Positions 28,047 through 38,700 of a DNA stretch of 64,000 nt are shown here, piece after piece (the first letter of the stretch is position 1; every line of letters starts with the position of its first letter). The position numbers were made by a program, and so were the translations under genes. Below the pieces are notes generated by a model. It did not search any database and was not told where the DNA came from. It saw nothing but the letters and a program-made list of their open reading frames with translations. This stretch comes from Bacteroidales bacterium (GTDB lineage Bacteria; Bacteroidota; Bacteroidia; Bacteroidales; WCHB1-69). Location: assembly GCA_038210985.1 (NCBI GenBank), contig JBBQWB010000004.1, positions 7,456-71,455 of the forward strand, in the 5' to 3' direction.

Positions 28047-28120
28047 TCATGATGATTCGCCACGGCGAAGTCGAAGCATCCGCAACCTCCTTCGACTTCG
28101 CCGTGGCGAATCTGGATGAC
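28047..28120. repeat. Palindromic intergenic element, copy 1 (perfect 22-nt arms)
   Basis: ATTCGCCACGGCGAAGTCGAAG (28055-28076) is the exact reverse complement of CTTCGACTTCGCCGTGGCGAAT (28090-28111). Confidence 0.9.
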
Positions 28121-28254
28121 TGCTCCTTTTGCTCGAATTTGTAATCCGAACTTAATTATAATCCAAAAAATTTTTGGTTGGTTAGGATTGCAAATCCGAA
28201 CAAGCTCTGTATTAGTAGATACAAAAATGTAAAATTTATCAGAAAAAAATCTAA

Positions 28255-29106
28255 CTAGTGGCTGTCTAGCGATTTTATTTTATCCACAATTTTATCGGCT
28301 AATCTACTGGCTCCGAATCTAAGTAATTTATTATTTAGCCATTCTTTACCCAAAATAGTTTCAACCAATTTAATATAAATCAGGCTACCTTCGGCATTGG
28401 CAATTCCACCAGCGGGCTTAATTCCAATTTTAACACCTGTTTTATCATAGTGCTCTTTAATGGCTAAAAGCATCACATACATTGCTTCGGGTGTAGCATT
28501 AACCGCTACTTTACCAGTAGATGTTTTAATAAAATCGGCACCGGCACTAATAGCCATTTCCGAGGCTTTGTATATATTTTCGGGAGTAATCAACTCGCCT
28601 GTTTCAAGAATTACTTTTAAATGTTTCTTCCCACATGCTTTTTTAATGGCTTTAATTTCGTCAATTACTTTTGTGTAATCACCTACCAAAAAAGACCCTC
28701 GCGAAATAACCATATCCACTTCATCTGCTCCCTCTTCAACAGCATATTTTACTTCCGCTACCTTAATATGAATTGGCGATTGTCCAGCAGGAAAAGCTCC
28801 TGCTACACAAGCAACTTTTAAACCTTTACCCGCAAGTGTTTGTTTTGCTGTTTTTACAAAAACTGGATAAACACAAACGGCAGCAGTATTATGAATATTA
28901 TGACCTAAAGACGAAAATCCAGATGCTTTATTGCAAAGTTCTTTAACTCTTTGATGTGTGTCGGAACCTTCCAGAGTTGTTAAATCAATACAGTTTAACA
29001 CAAGTTGATATGCTTGTTTTTCGGTTAAATATTTTAATGGTTGATCGGAAATTTCTGCTATTTTTAGAGAAATTGCTTCTTGTGTTAAATCTTTTTCTGT
29101 TATCAT
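28255..29106 (-). CDS. deoC: Deoxyribose-phosphate aldolase (long form)
   Basis: IDLTTLEGSDT and FIKTSTGK (Schiff-base Lys context); 283 aa. Confidence 0.85.
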   Translation of the reverse strand: MITEKDLTQEAISLKIAEISDQPLKYLTEKQAYQLVLNCIDLTTLEGSDTHQRVKELCNKASGFSSLGHNIHNTAAVCVYPVFVKTAKQTLAGKGLKVACVAGAFPAGQSPIHIKVAEVKYAVEEGADEVDMVISRGSFLVGDYTKVIDEIKAIKKACGKKHLKVILETGELITPENIYKASEMAISAGADFIKTSTGKVAVNATPEAMYVMLLAIKEHYDKTGVKIGIKPAGGIANAEGSLIYIKLVETILGKEWLNNKLLRFGASRLADKIVDKIKSLDSH

Positions 29107-29116
29107 TTTACGTGTT

Positions 29117-32100
29117 TTATCTAATTATTACCATTTTACCGAACTCTTTTACAAAATATTTTGAGGCTCCCGTGCTTTTCTTTTCAATTTGTTCACCCTG
29201 AATATTTGTCATTATTCTGTACAAATATACACCATTTGCTAATTGGTCGCCAAAATTATCTTTGCCATCCCAAGCATAATCGGTAATATTACGACCAATA
29301 TGAATACTTCCAAGTTCTGAAAGGTCGATTTCACGAACTAACTTTCCCGAAATGGTCATAATTTGAATTTTAAAATAGGTAGGAATTTCGGAACCTGTTA
29401 ACGTAAAAACAAATCGGGTAGAACTAGAAAATGGATTAGGCCAATTCATTACTTCGGTTATGGTTGATTTGTTTATTATCTCGAACGAAATAGTGTATTT
29501 GTTATTTCCAGATAAATTTCCCGACTTATCCATGCCTTCAACCATCATTTTATATATGCCATCCACAGTAAAAGAAGCGTTGTAAAGAATATGAGATTTG
29601 TTTTTATTATTTGCAGGGATAAATTGCATTATAGTTCTAAATCCATCGTAAAAAGGTATCCTTTTATATTCGGTTTCGCCTGGAGCCATTATTTGAACTC
29701 TAAACAATGAGGTGTCTTGAATACTATTTAAAAGCAAATATTGATTTTCATCTTTTAATGTAATTTGTATCTGTGGTTTTGCCGAAACAATATCATTGTT
29801 TAAAATATGAACTCCATCAAAAGTTACGTCCATAACTGGATTTATTCGATCGGGGTTTACACTAAAATAAAATTCAGCAATATTATTAAAATGGTACATT
29901 TCAACCTGATCATTGTTCGGGTTAAATTCTACTTGTAAAGTATTATAGCCCGATAAATCGATGGATGACATTGCCACAGTTGCCGTAAGAACATCTCCTA
30001 CTGGGTGCAATCGAAGTCGTTTGTAAATTATACGAATAGGAACGTTTTCTTTAATAATTCTGAAAACAACTAATAAACTATCCATGTTCGACAAGCCAAT
30101 GTTTTGGGTAGAAATGGATAATTTTACCGAATCTCCTTGATTGACATCATCTCCCGAATAACTAAAAGCAACGCTTGGATTAATTGCCGTTTCGGGAGCT
30201 GGATCATACACCACATGCCACCTTATTAGCTGAGTTGGAGTAGTGTGGATATTATCTTTTGAAAATAATTTTAGCTTTAAATATGGAAATTGATGAACGT
30301 CAATTCTTTGGTTAAGATTATACAAATCCAAAGTGTCGGTAGTAAGTTTTTCAATAAGAATAGTTTCTTCACCAAAGTTATTAATTCCGATAACTCTTAG
30401 TGATATCTCATCGGTGTTTGGATTTTCGAGGCTTTGAGACCGCCAGTGAAGGCTTCCCCAGCTTAAAGCAGGTCCAACAATTTCGGAAGTTATACTACCT
30501 TCGTCCCAATTTGTAGAATATTGAGCATTAATATGGATAATTTGAGTTTCGTTTGCGGCAACTGCTTCAACTACATTTGGATCGCCAATTGGAATTCCTT
30601 TTCTACCAAAAACTATATATGGATTATTCCAGTGCAAGTTGCGAATTTGAGAACTACCAAACGATTCAAATGCCTGATACAAAGCTTCGGGATATGTATC
30701 TGCATAATGGTTTCGATGGCTCATTGCCAACACATAATATCCATTTGGAATAGAGTTTATATAACTCAAAATACTGTCTTTATTAGCAGGCGTTACGGCT
30801 TGAAAATCGGCAGCTGGAACAGGATATGTTTTACAAATTGCTTGTCCTCTAAGCCCAATACTGTCGGGATTCATCCAAAAATCTCCAGAAATCGGATTAA
30901 TTACGGCAATTTTCATCCCATTTCCCGTATTGCTTAAGCACGACCACTGATCCTGAACCAAACCATTAACTCTAAACCAAATTTCGGTCCATGGCATTCC
31001 ATAGCCAAAATAACCAGTTTGAGCCGTTAGAGCTTTAATGTCTTGAGCAAATTCAAATTTACGTTGTGGCTTGTTATATTTAACAAATTGGTAATCATCG
31101 TTTTTAAATTGAAAAAAGTGAGCCTGTCCCCAACCACGTTTACCTATTATATATTGAAAAGAACTTTCGCGCCAATTATTTGTACCCGTTTTTTCTACTC
31201 TCCAATAATACACCGTTGAATCTGTTAATAAAAATGGCAACGACCATTCCACAATTCCACCCGATGATTGAACCGAAAACTGTTGTTTAAAAGGACTATT
31301 AAAAGCATCGGTTGTATCTATCTCGAAAGAGTAATTGCCTGAAGTTGTAAAAACAGTTCCTGTAGATGCTTTTAAAATGGTTTGAGCATCCGGAATTACC
31401 GCATATTTGTATGGATAAACTGGAATAATATCCGAAGATGAAATTAAAAATTGAACACTTACAATATTGTTATTTTCGCTGTATTCGTCCACTTCATTAT
31501 AATCGTCTAATGAAACTCGCAGTGTATTGTTTCCGATGCCATTTAATCTATCCACAGGAAGTTTAAAAATTATTGTATCGCTAGATAAAGGAGCTTTAAT
31601 TCGCAACAAGGTGTCTTTAGTAATATTGTTCGGAAACATTCGTGTTATTTTAACCAATATTGAATCGTTAATGGCACGAGCAATATTTCGACAAAGAATA
31701 CGAACATAAAAACTATCAATTTCGGTGGTTATATTTGATGGATTAAATAAAATATTATTTGGTTCGATAATATAATCAGGTTTTTCAAACGAATTTAGAA
31801 CAATTGCAGGGTCGCCATGATAGGTCATGTCTAAGCTGGTTTCTTTAATCCACACCAAAGGTTCAAGATTTTTAATGGTTTGTTGAATAATATAACCTAA
31901 CGGTTTACCATAGCATAAATATCCAAAATTTCGATAAAACATGTTTGCATAATTATTCATATAAATATCACTACCCGAGCTAACCGAAGCCAAATAAGCA
32001 ATAGTTCCTTTGTTGGCTATTAAAACAAATTCCTCACTGCTACTTCCTCTATCATAATTTACGCCCGAAGTAAAAAGGTCGCCAGCAAAACACGAAAGTC

Positions 32101-34126
32101 CTAAAAGGAGAGGATATTTCCCGTAATTTGTGTATTCGCTTGGATTATCAATACTTATATCGTAGCCAATACCCGAAGCATGTCCAAAAAAAGTCATTAA
32201 TGTAACGCCATTATTAATAATATCCTTTAAAGAGTCGGATTGATTAATTTGAATTGGCTCTGTAGTTGTTTTTTTGAATGTTTTAACCACTGCACCAAAA
32301 AGGGTATCTTCAATAATGGCTTTATATTGATTTAAATATCCTAAAAGCATTTGATGATGCAAATCACCACTTCCGGCAAAATGCAAAATGTTCTTCATCC
32401 ATGGTTTTGGTGATTGAATAGCAACTTCATGTTCACGAACTTTATTCAAATAAAGCAGAACATGGTCGGGTGTTTTTGCACTTAATCGACCAGTTGGAAT
32501 GGCAGGATAGTATGAATTTGGGTCGATTAATCCAGATGTAAACATAATATCCGAAGGAGGAACCCCCATTGTGGGAACTAAGGTTCGACCATACCAAGCT
32601 CCTGTTTTTCGATAAGTTGGCATAGAAGTGGAGTTTTCGGCCGACCGATATGATTTTCCGATGATGAACAAATGTTTTGGGATTCCGCTAAAACGAGCTA
32701 TTGCAAACTTCATAAAATTTCGAATGGAAAGCGGATTTTTGCGAATACCATACGAAAACTGATCGTATAAATCATCAATATCTACCACAATTGGATTATA
32801 CAAAGTTGGATAACCGGAAGTTCGTCGATATTCTTTATATTGTTGTGCTTCGTTCCAAAGTGAACGATGGGTGATAATAATATAATCTGAGTTAGCATAC
32901 TCGGATGTTGAATAATCAATAAAAGACCCATTACCATTCACGGGCGTGAGTTCCAAAATGGTTTTCATTTTAAAATCCGATGTAATAAAAACCTCTTTAT
33001 CGCCTCCAAAATTTTGCATTAAGGACGATATTTGAGTTCCATTTTTAACTGAATTTACACGAATTCCGTTGGTTAAATCATACATTCTAACGGAGTCGCC
33101 TGCTGCTGTAGCGATTCCGGGAGCAATTAAATGCAATGTGCTTTTTGGAAGACTTCCAAATTCAGGTAATTTTAGAAGATAAGTGTTTGTGTTTTCTAAA
33201 GTTAAAGTGTGGGGATAAACTACTTTAATAAACGAAATTGTTTGTCGATCGGATGCGCTACCTTGGTCATTAACCGAAGAAAAAACAAACGAAGTATTTG
33301 TACTTCCTAAATATTGTGGAGGAATGGTTCGGTTAAAACGAAAGTGTTTATATTCATTAAAAACAGTATCGATTGTATTTTGAGGAAAAACAACTCGCAA
33401 ATGGTGAACTGGACTTGACTCACTGGCAACACCAAATTCTACTTGTGCCAATGGACCTCCCGAATATGCGTTTGTAGATGGAATTAATTTAGTTTTGGAT
33501 TGACCATTTGAGTAAACCCCATCCATCCAACCTTCGCCATCATCGTATTCGACCCGCACGCTACCATAAGCTGATAAAGGTCCTAAATAATAGCTCGAAT
33601 TATAGTTTTGTGCGGAGGTAAACATAAAATATGGAGCCTCGTTATACGATGAAAAATTTGAATTATTTTCAATAGCCATACGTTTTCCATTCAAATTTAC
33701 CGACCATGTAATGTAATACGATGCAGTATCGTTAAACAAACTATAATAAGGATTTGCTTGAAAATTTGGGTTTGAATAAAGCTGAGCATCCAGCCATCCG
33801 TCGTTTCGTTTACAATATACTTCGATAAAATCGCCAGCTTCCAAATATCCTTTTTCTTCGCCTTTTACATATATTGCAAGTTCCTGACCTCGTCCATAAA
33901 TTTTCAAACCTTTCGGATTAAACGTTTGAAGAGATATTCCAACTTGACTAAAGCCTGTTTCAAGCGTTTCGAAAGGGATTTTATAAATTCCATCTTCGGT
34001 TACCGAAAATCGAACAAATTTTTGAGAATGTTGTATCCATTCGTTCCCAAAAGTTTGACCTTGTAAACCTGAAAAGTTTACAAGTATCAATACGCTAAGG
34101 AAAAAAATAGATAAAAATCTCTTCAT
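29117..34126 (-). CDS. C25-family cysteine peptidase, PorU-like candidate T9SS sortase (1669 aa)
   Basis: Signal peptide. N-terminal NEWI...DGIYKI region as in PorU-type proteins. Gingipain-type dyad context FFGH(649)ASG and LGLSC(679)FAGD (codons at 32180-32182 and 32090-32092). C-terminal FlgD-Ig/T9SS-CTD-like WPNPFS...WDGKDNFGDQLANGVYLYRI. Confidence 0.7.
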   Translation of the reverse strand: MKRFLSIFFLSVLILVNFSGLQGQTFGNEWIQHSQKFVRFSVTEDGIYKIPFETLETGFSQVGISLQTFNPKGLKIYGRGQELAIYVKGEEKGYLEAGDFIEVYCKRNDGWLDAQLYSNPNFQANPYYSLFNDTASYYITWSVNLNGKRMAIENNSNFSSYNEAPYFMFTSAQNYNSSYYLGPLSAYGSVRVEYDDGEGWMDGVYSNGQSKTKLIPSTNAYSGGPLAQVEFGVASESSPVHHLRVVFPQNTIDTVFNEYKHFRFNRTIPPQYLGSTNTSFVFSSVNDQGSASDRQTISFIKVVYPHTLTLENTNTYLLKLPEFGSLPKSTLHLIAPGIATAAGDSVRMYDLTNGIRVNSVKNGTQISSLMQNFGGDKEVFITSDFKMKTILELTPVNGNGSFIDYSTSEYANSDYIIITHRSLWNEAQQYKEYRRTSGYPTLYNPIVVDIDDLYDQFSYGIRKNPLSIRNFMKFAIARFSGIPKHLFIIGKSYRSAENSTSMPTYRKTGAWYGRTLVPTMGVPPSDIMFTSGLIDPNSYYPAIPTGRLSAKTPDHVLLYLNKVREHEVAIQSPKPWMKNILHFAGSGDLHHQMLLGYLNQYKAIIEDTLFGAVVKTFKKTTTEPIQINQSDSLKDIINNGVTLMTFFGHASGIGYDISIDNPSEYTNYGKYPLLLGLSCFAGDLFTSGVNYDRGSSSEEFVLIANKGTIAYLASVSSGSDIYMNNYANMFYRNFGYLCYGKPLGYIIQQTIKNLEPLVWIKETSLDMTYHGDPAIVLNSFEKPDYIIEPNNILFNPSNITTEIDSFYVRILCRNIARAINDSILVKITRMFPNNITKDTLLRIKAPLSSDTIIFKLPVDRLNGIGNNTLRVSLDDYNEVDEYSENNNIVSVQFLISSSDIIPVYPYKYAVIPDAQTILKASTGTVFTTSGNYSFEIDTTDAFNSPFKQQFSVQSSGGIVEWSLPFLLTDSTVYYWRVEKTGTNNWRESSFQYIIGKRGWGQAHFFQFKNDDYQFVKYNKPQRKFEFAQDIKALTAQTGYFGYGMPWTEIWFRVNGLVQDQWSCLSNTGNGMKIAVINPISGDFWMNPDSIGLRGQAICKTYPVPAADFQAVTPANKDSILSYINSIPNGYYVLAMSHRNHYADTYPEALYQAFESFGSSQIRNLHWNNPYIVFGRKGIPIGDPNVVEAVAANETQIIHINAQYSTNWDEGSITSEIVGPALSWGSLHWRSQSLENPNTDEISLRVIGINNFGEETILIEKLTTDTLDLYNLNQRIDVHQFPYLKLKLFSKDNIHTTPTQLIRWHVVYDPAPETAINPSVAFSYSGDDVNQGDSVKLSISTQNIGLSNMDSLLVVFRIIKENVPIRIIYKRLRLHPVGDVLTATVAMSSIDLSGYNTLQVEFNPNNDQVEMYHFNNIAEFYFSVNPDRINPVMDVTFDGVHILNNDIVSAKPQIQITLKDENQYLLLNSIQDTSLFRVQIMAPGETEYKRIPFYDGFRTIMQFIPANNKNKSHILYNASFTVDGIYKMMVEGMDKSGNLSGNNKYTISFEIINKSTITEVMNWPNPFSSSTRFVFTLTGSEIPTYFKIQIMTISGKLVREIDLSELGSIHIGRNITDYAWDGKDNFGDQLANGVYLYRIMTNIQGEQIEKKSTGASKYFVKEFGKMVIIR

Positions 34127-34138
34127 AATTAATTATTT

Positions 34139-35251
34139 TTAAAATGAAGATGCAGATTTAGTTTCACTTGGTTTATTTAGATTTAATCGCAACGAAAAAA
34201 CATTTGAGTAAACAGCTATGGATTTATCGCCAATATCGCTAAGGGCATAATCGATTGAAAGCACTTTTTTAATAACTACTCCCACACCAATATTAAACTG
34301 ATAAGACCAAAATTTATCTTTCACAAAATCCGATTCTTGCTGAATATTACCAATACCTCCACGAACAAAAAGCAAATCTTTATAACCTATTTCTAATCCC
34401 ATGTGAGGATCGATGCTAAATGGCTTTGATTTAATTAGCACATTTCTTTTACCATCGGTTGTAATATCAAAATCGAGTGCAACTAGAGCAGAAATATCTT
34501 TGGGTAAATTAAACTTTCGGCTACCTCCAAAAATAAATTTTGGCAAAGTAAATTCGATTGAATTTGTTGGAATTTCATTGCCTGTTTCTACAAAAACTTC
34601 AATCATTCGATCGGATAAATTATAGCTCCATGCATTAAATGTGGAAGTAACATCGCGTCCCATAACTCCAAAATTCCATTTTTTGTAATTATATTGAGCA
34701 CCAAAATCAAGTCCAAAACCCCACGAGCCAGCAAAATCGCCAATAACCCTACGAACAATTTTCACATTTCCACCAATTTGTAAGCCTATAATTTTCTGCA
34801 TTTTACGTGCATAGGAAAATAAAATACCGTAATCTGCAGCCGAAAAAGATGTAATTCTATTGTAATCAATGTTTCCTTGATTGTCAATAAGGTCGGTTGT
34901 ATTTGGGATATCATCTACTCCAAAGCGGATAATGGATAAGGCTGCTGCTGAATTTTCGTCGAATTTTATAGCAAAAGAGCCGTAATCGTATTTTGCAATT
35001 CCAGCAAAATATTCGGCATGCATTAAGGATAATTGCCTATCGTTGGTCATTCCAACTAATCCCGCTGGATTCCAATAACCAGCAGTTCCATCATTTACAA
35101 ACGAAACTTGCGTATTTGACATGGCTAAAGCACGAGCACCCACCCCAATACTTAAAAATTCGTTGCTGTATTTTGGAGCTTGTGCATAAGTTTGAAAAGA
35201 TAATATCGCCAATATTAGCAAAAAGCACCACCTAATTTTTTTCACTTTCAT
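34139..35251 (-). CDS. PorV/PorQ-family outer-membrane beta-barrel protein (T9SS shuttle-like)
   Basis: Signal peptide ...QTYAQA. NEFLSIGVGARALAMSNTQV...GYWNPAGL is the N-terminal motif I associate with PorV/PorQ-type barrels. Alternating beta-strand pattern. Sits 12 nt upstream of the C25 gene. Confidence 0.6.
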   Translation of the reverse strand: MKVKKIRWCFLLILAILSFQTYAQAPKYSNEFLSIGVGARALAMSNTQVSFVNDGTAGYWNPAGLVGMTNDRQLSLMHAEYFAGIAKYDYGSFAIKFDENSAAALSIIRFGVDDIPNTTDLIDNQGNIDYNRITSFSAADYGILFSYARKMQKIIGLQIGGNVKIVRRVIGDFAGSWGFGLDFGAQYNYKKWNFGVMGRDVTSTFNAWSYNLSDRMIEVFVETGNEIPTNSIEFTLPKFIFGGSRKFNLPKDISALVALDFDITTDGKRNVLIKSKPFSIDPHMGLEIGYKDLLFVRGGIGNIQQESDFVKDKFWSYQFNIGVGVVIKKVLSIDYALSDIGDKSIAVYSNVFSLRLNLNKPSETKSASSF

Positions 35252-35290
35252 CAGTATAGATTATTAAAACATAGTTGAGTAACGTTTTGT

Positions 35291-35788
35291 TCAGTTATTT
35301 AGTGTTTGTTCGGGGTCAATTTTATTGAAAATTGGCTTATTGATTGCTCTTTTCTTTTGAAAAAAAGTTTTAATCAATAAGCTACATTCTTTTTTCAGGA
35401 CACCTTCACGCACAATTGTTTTAGGATGAAGCATTTCGGGATTAATCATACGATATCCTCGTTTGGTGTCGGAAGTTGCAAAAATCAATTCGGATACTTG
35501 CGCCCAATGTATTGCTCCTGCACACATTGGACAAGGCTCAAGGGTAACATATAACTTACAATCGACCAAATATTTACCACCCAATGTGTTTGCTGCCGAA
35601 GTAATTGCTTGCATTTCGGCATGAGCCGTTACATCGTTTAAACATTCGGTTAAATTGTGCGTGCGAGCAATAATTCGATTGTTGTGAACGATAACGCAAC
35701 CAACTGGAACCTCATCTTTTTCAAAAGCCTTAACTGCTTCTTTAAGAGCCTCGTTCATAAAATACTCTTCGGAGAATATGGTTATCAT
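35291..35788 (-). CDS. tadA: tRNA adenosine(34) deaminase
   Basis: HAEMQAI and PCPMCAGA zinc motifs; 165 aa. Confidence 0.9.
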   Translation of the reverse strand: MITIFSEEYFMNEALKEAVKAFEKDEVPVGCVIVHNNRIIARTHNLTECLNDVTAHAEMQAITSAANTLGGKYLVDCKLYVTLEPCPMCAGAIHWAQVSELIFATSDTKRGYRMINPEMLHPKTIVREGVLKKECSLLIKTFFQKKRAINKPIFNKIDPEQTLNN

Positions 35789-38700
35789 ATTTTTATAAAT
35801 TTTTCGACAATTACTCGAACTTCGTTTGAAATACGAATATAAAAAACTCCTTTTTGCAAATGAGAAATTGGAATATTTATAGCAGATTCGATAGAAACAC
35901 CTGCGTAAACCAATTGCCCCATTGAGTCATAAATTTCAATATCCGCACCCACTAAATCGCTACCAGTTAAATTTATTTTATCAATTGCAGGTTTAGGATA
36001 TATTTTAAAATCATTGCTTATAAAAAAAGGTCGATTTGACACGGTATTTGAAAACGACATAGTGCGAAAAGTGTTAACCATTGTAAAGCAAGTGTCGGGT
36101 TTTAATGCTCCAACATAATAGGTAGTAAAACCCTCTTTTTGCTCTGGGTCAACAAACGACAAAGCCGAACCAGAAAGGACTGCAATTTGCTCAAATGGCT
36201 TATTTTCGTATGCTCTAAAAATAACAAAAGCAGAAGGAAGATAACCTTGATATGGAGTCCACGAAATTTGCCATTTGTTTTGTTCCGTTAATGATAAACT
36301 TGCAAATATTGTTTTATGCTTGTTGCTCAAAGGAGTTGTAAAACCGCAAGTATCCACAATGCTTATTTGATATTCGGCAGAACCATATTGTGCAACGGTA
36401 TGTTCGTCAATCCAAACGTTTCCAAATTGTGCTTTTATGGTTGTTTGTTTTATCATGTCTCCAAATTGATTTTTTTTGAACACATTAATCGAATCCAGAA
36501 CATGAGAAGGTGGAACAATCCATTGAACAATATTTCTGTCGTAATTAAATTCATAACCTGCGATACAAATTTCGGCAGTAATCAAGGCTGGCAATGGTAT
36601 TAAATGAATATTTGCCGAAGCACTACATTCGCCCGATTGATTTGTAGCCACAACTGTATAGGTTATTTCGCCACCATAGCTAACCAAAGGGTCGGCAATA
36701 TGAGGATTATTTAAGCCAGTTTGTGGAGTCCATTCCCAATTTAATAAACCAATGTTTGGATTATTTACATTTGGGCTTAATTGTATTCGTTCGCCACAAT
36801 TAAGTTGTGTGTTTGGAGGCAAGGAAATCTGCAAAGGAATAACATTAACAAGCACCGAGTCGGTTCCAGTGCATCCGTTAGGATCGGTAACAACAACACT
36901 GTAAACAGTTGTGTCGGAAGGAGATGCCGTTGGATTGAATAAAGAATTATTGTTTAAACTTGTCGAAGGACTCCAAAGAAAATTTGTGCCTGGCAACAGA
37001 TTATTTACAGTTACCGATATTTGAGTTTGTTGACCGCAATAAATTGTTGTGTCGTTGGATGCCGTAACCATTGTGGAACCAACATGCACCCAAATAGTAT
37101 CATACGCTTCACATCCGTTTGGATTGGAAACTTTAACAACATATTGGATATTCGTTAATGGAGTACAAATTGGATTTGAAGTATCGGGATTTGATAAAAA
37201 AGTGGAAGGCGTCCATTGATACGTTACGTTTTCATCGCTATTTAAATTTGTTTCGGCATGTAATTCAACTGGAGTTCCACAAGTTGGAATTAAATCGCCA
37301 CCAGCACTTACAACCAACGAATTTACCGTAACAACAACGGTGTCAATATCATAACAACCAGACTGAGTTTGCATTGAAAAATAATAGGTGCTAGAGTGAG
37401 ATGGAAATGGCTCCACTGTATCGGCGTTAAAACTTTGTAAACCTTGCGAATCGACCCACGTATTTACTGAATTTGGATAATCGTATCTCAAAAGTGTTCC
37501 ATTTAAACCTACTGCAATTCCGTGGTGATCATCGGTAAATACAATCGACCTAAGTTCTTGTTGAGTGTTGCTTTTCATCAAATACCAATGAATTCCACCA
37601 TCCATACTCTTGAAAATCAACCCATTCGAACCAGTTAAGTAAACCACATTGTTGCTTTGAAAATAAACCGAAGTGTAATTTTGCAAACTACCTGTAGAAA
37701 CTTCTTCCCAAGTAACTCCACCATTAATCGTTTTCAACAAAGTTCCATTATTTCCGCAAATAAAACCAATTTGGTTATTTAACATGCAAACATCTCGCAA
37801 ATGCTGAGTGGTAACTGTGCCAATTGCTCCAAAACTACTTCCATCGTTTAATGATTTTAAAATTAATCCATCTTGACCCGAAATAAAAATTGACCCATTT
37901 GGTGAAAACGTAATGGAATTTAAGTTTTTTTGATAGCCTGTATTTATTACAGTCCAACTATTGCCACCATCGATGGTTTTTAACACAAAGCCATTATCGC
38001 ACACAGCCATTCCAAAACTTGAATTTCGGAACTTAATTTTATTAATATTTTGGGTGTTTCCGGTAAATAAATATTGCCATTGAAAACCTCCATTTTTGCT
38101 AATTGCTAAAACCCCAGAGTAACCACCAGCAACATACACCCCATTATCGTTATGAGCCACCGCTCGAAACAATGAACCACTTCCATTTCCAATTTTATAT
38201 CGTTCGATTGTTTCGCCATTATTGAAAATTTTCATTAAACTATCTCCATAAATAACTTGAACCACATTTCCGTCTGCAATAACTTGCTCTAATAATTTCG
38301 TAGTATTTGATGTTGCCGATTTCCATTCAAAATCGCCATACAATGTAAATTCATCCGCACAAACAATTGTTCTGTCTTCGTTGGCATAAACATTGGCTGG
38401 CAAAACTTGAATAAAAACCGAATCTTTTACCGAACAACCATTGGATGTGGTTGCTTGCAGTTTATACAAACCCGATGAAGAAGAAATAAATCCAGTATTT
38501 GCTGCCGATGGGTTTTCAATTCCAACAGAAGGTGTCCATTGATATGAGGCAAAAACATCCACATTTTTCAATATCGTTCCCGAAGCACCAACTGCAAACG
38601 CTTTGTTTTCTCCTATGCAAAAAATTCCATATAAATTTTGTGAAATTATTTTCGGAATTGGATACCAGCTTTCTCCAGCATCAAAGGTGTAAATAATTAA

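Noticed and set aside
28047-28120. The long palindromes as canonical rho-independent terminators
   Set aside because: No T-run follows the stem on either strand in any of the three copies. A REP-like or mobile hairpin interpretation is preferred, although 3'-end stabilisation remains possible.
30521-30937. 138-aa plus-strand ORF (and others) inside the C25 peptidase gene
   Set aside because: Antisense to a 1669-aa ORF with clear domain signatures.
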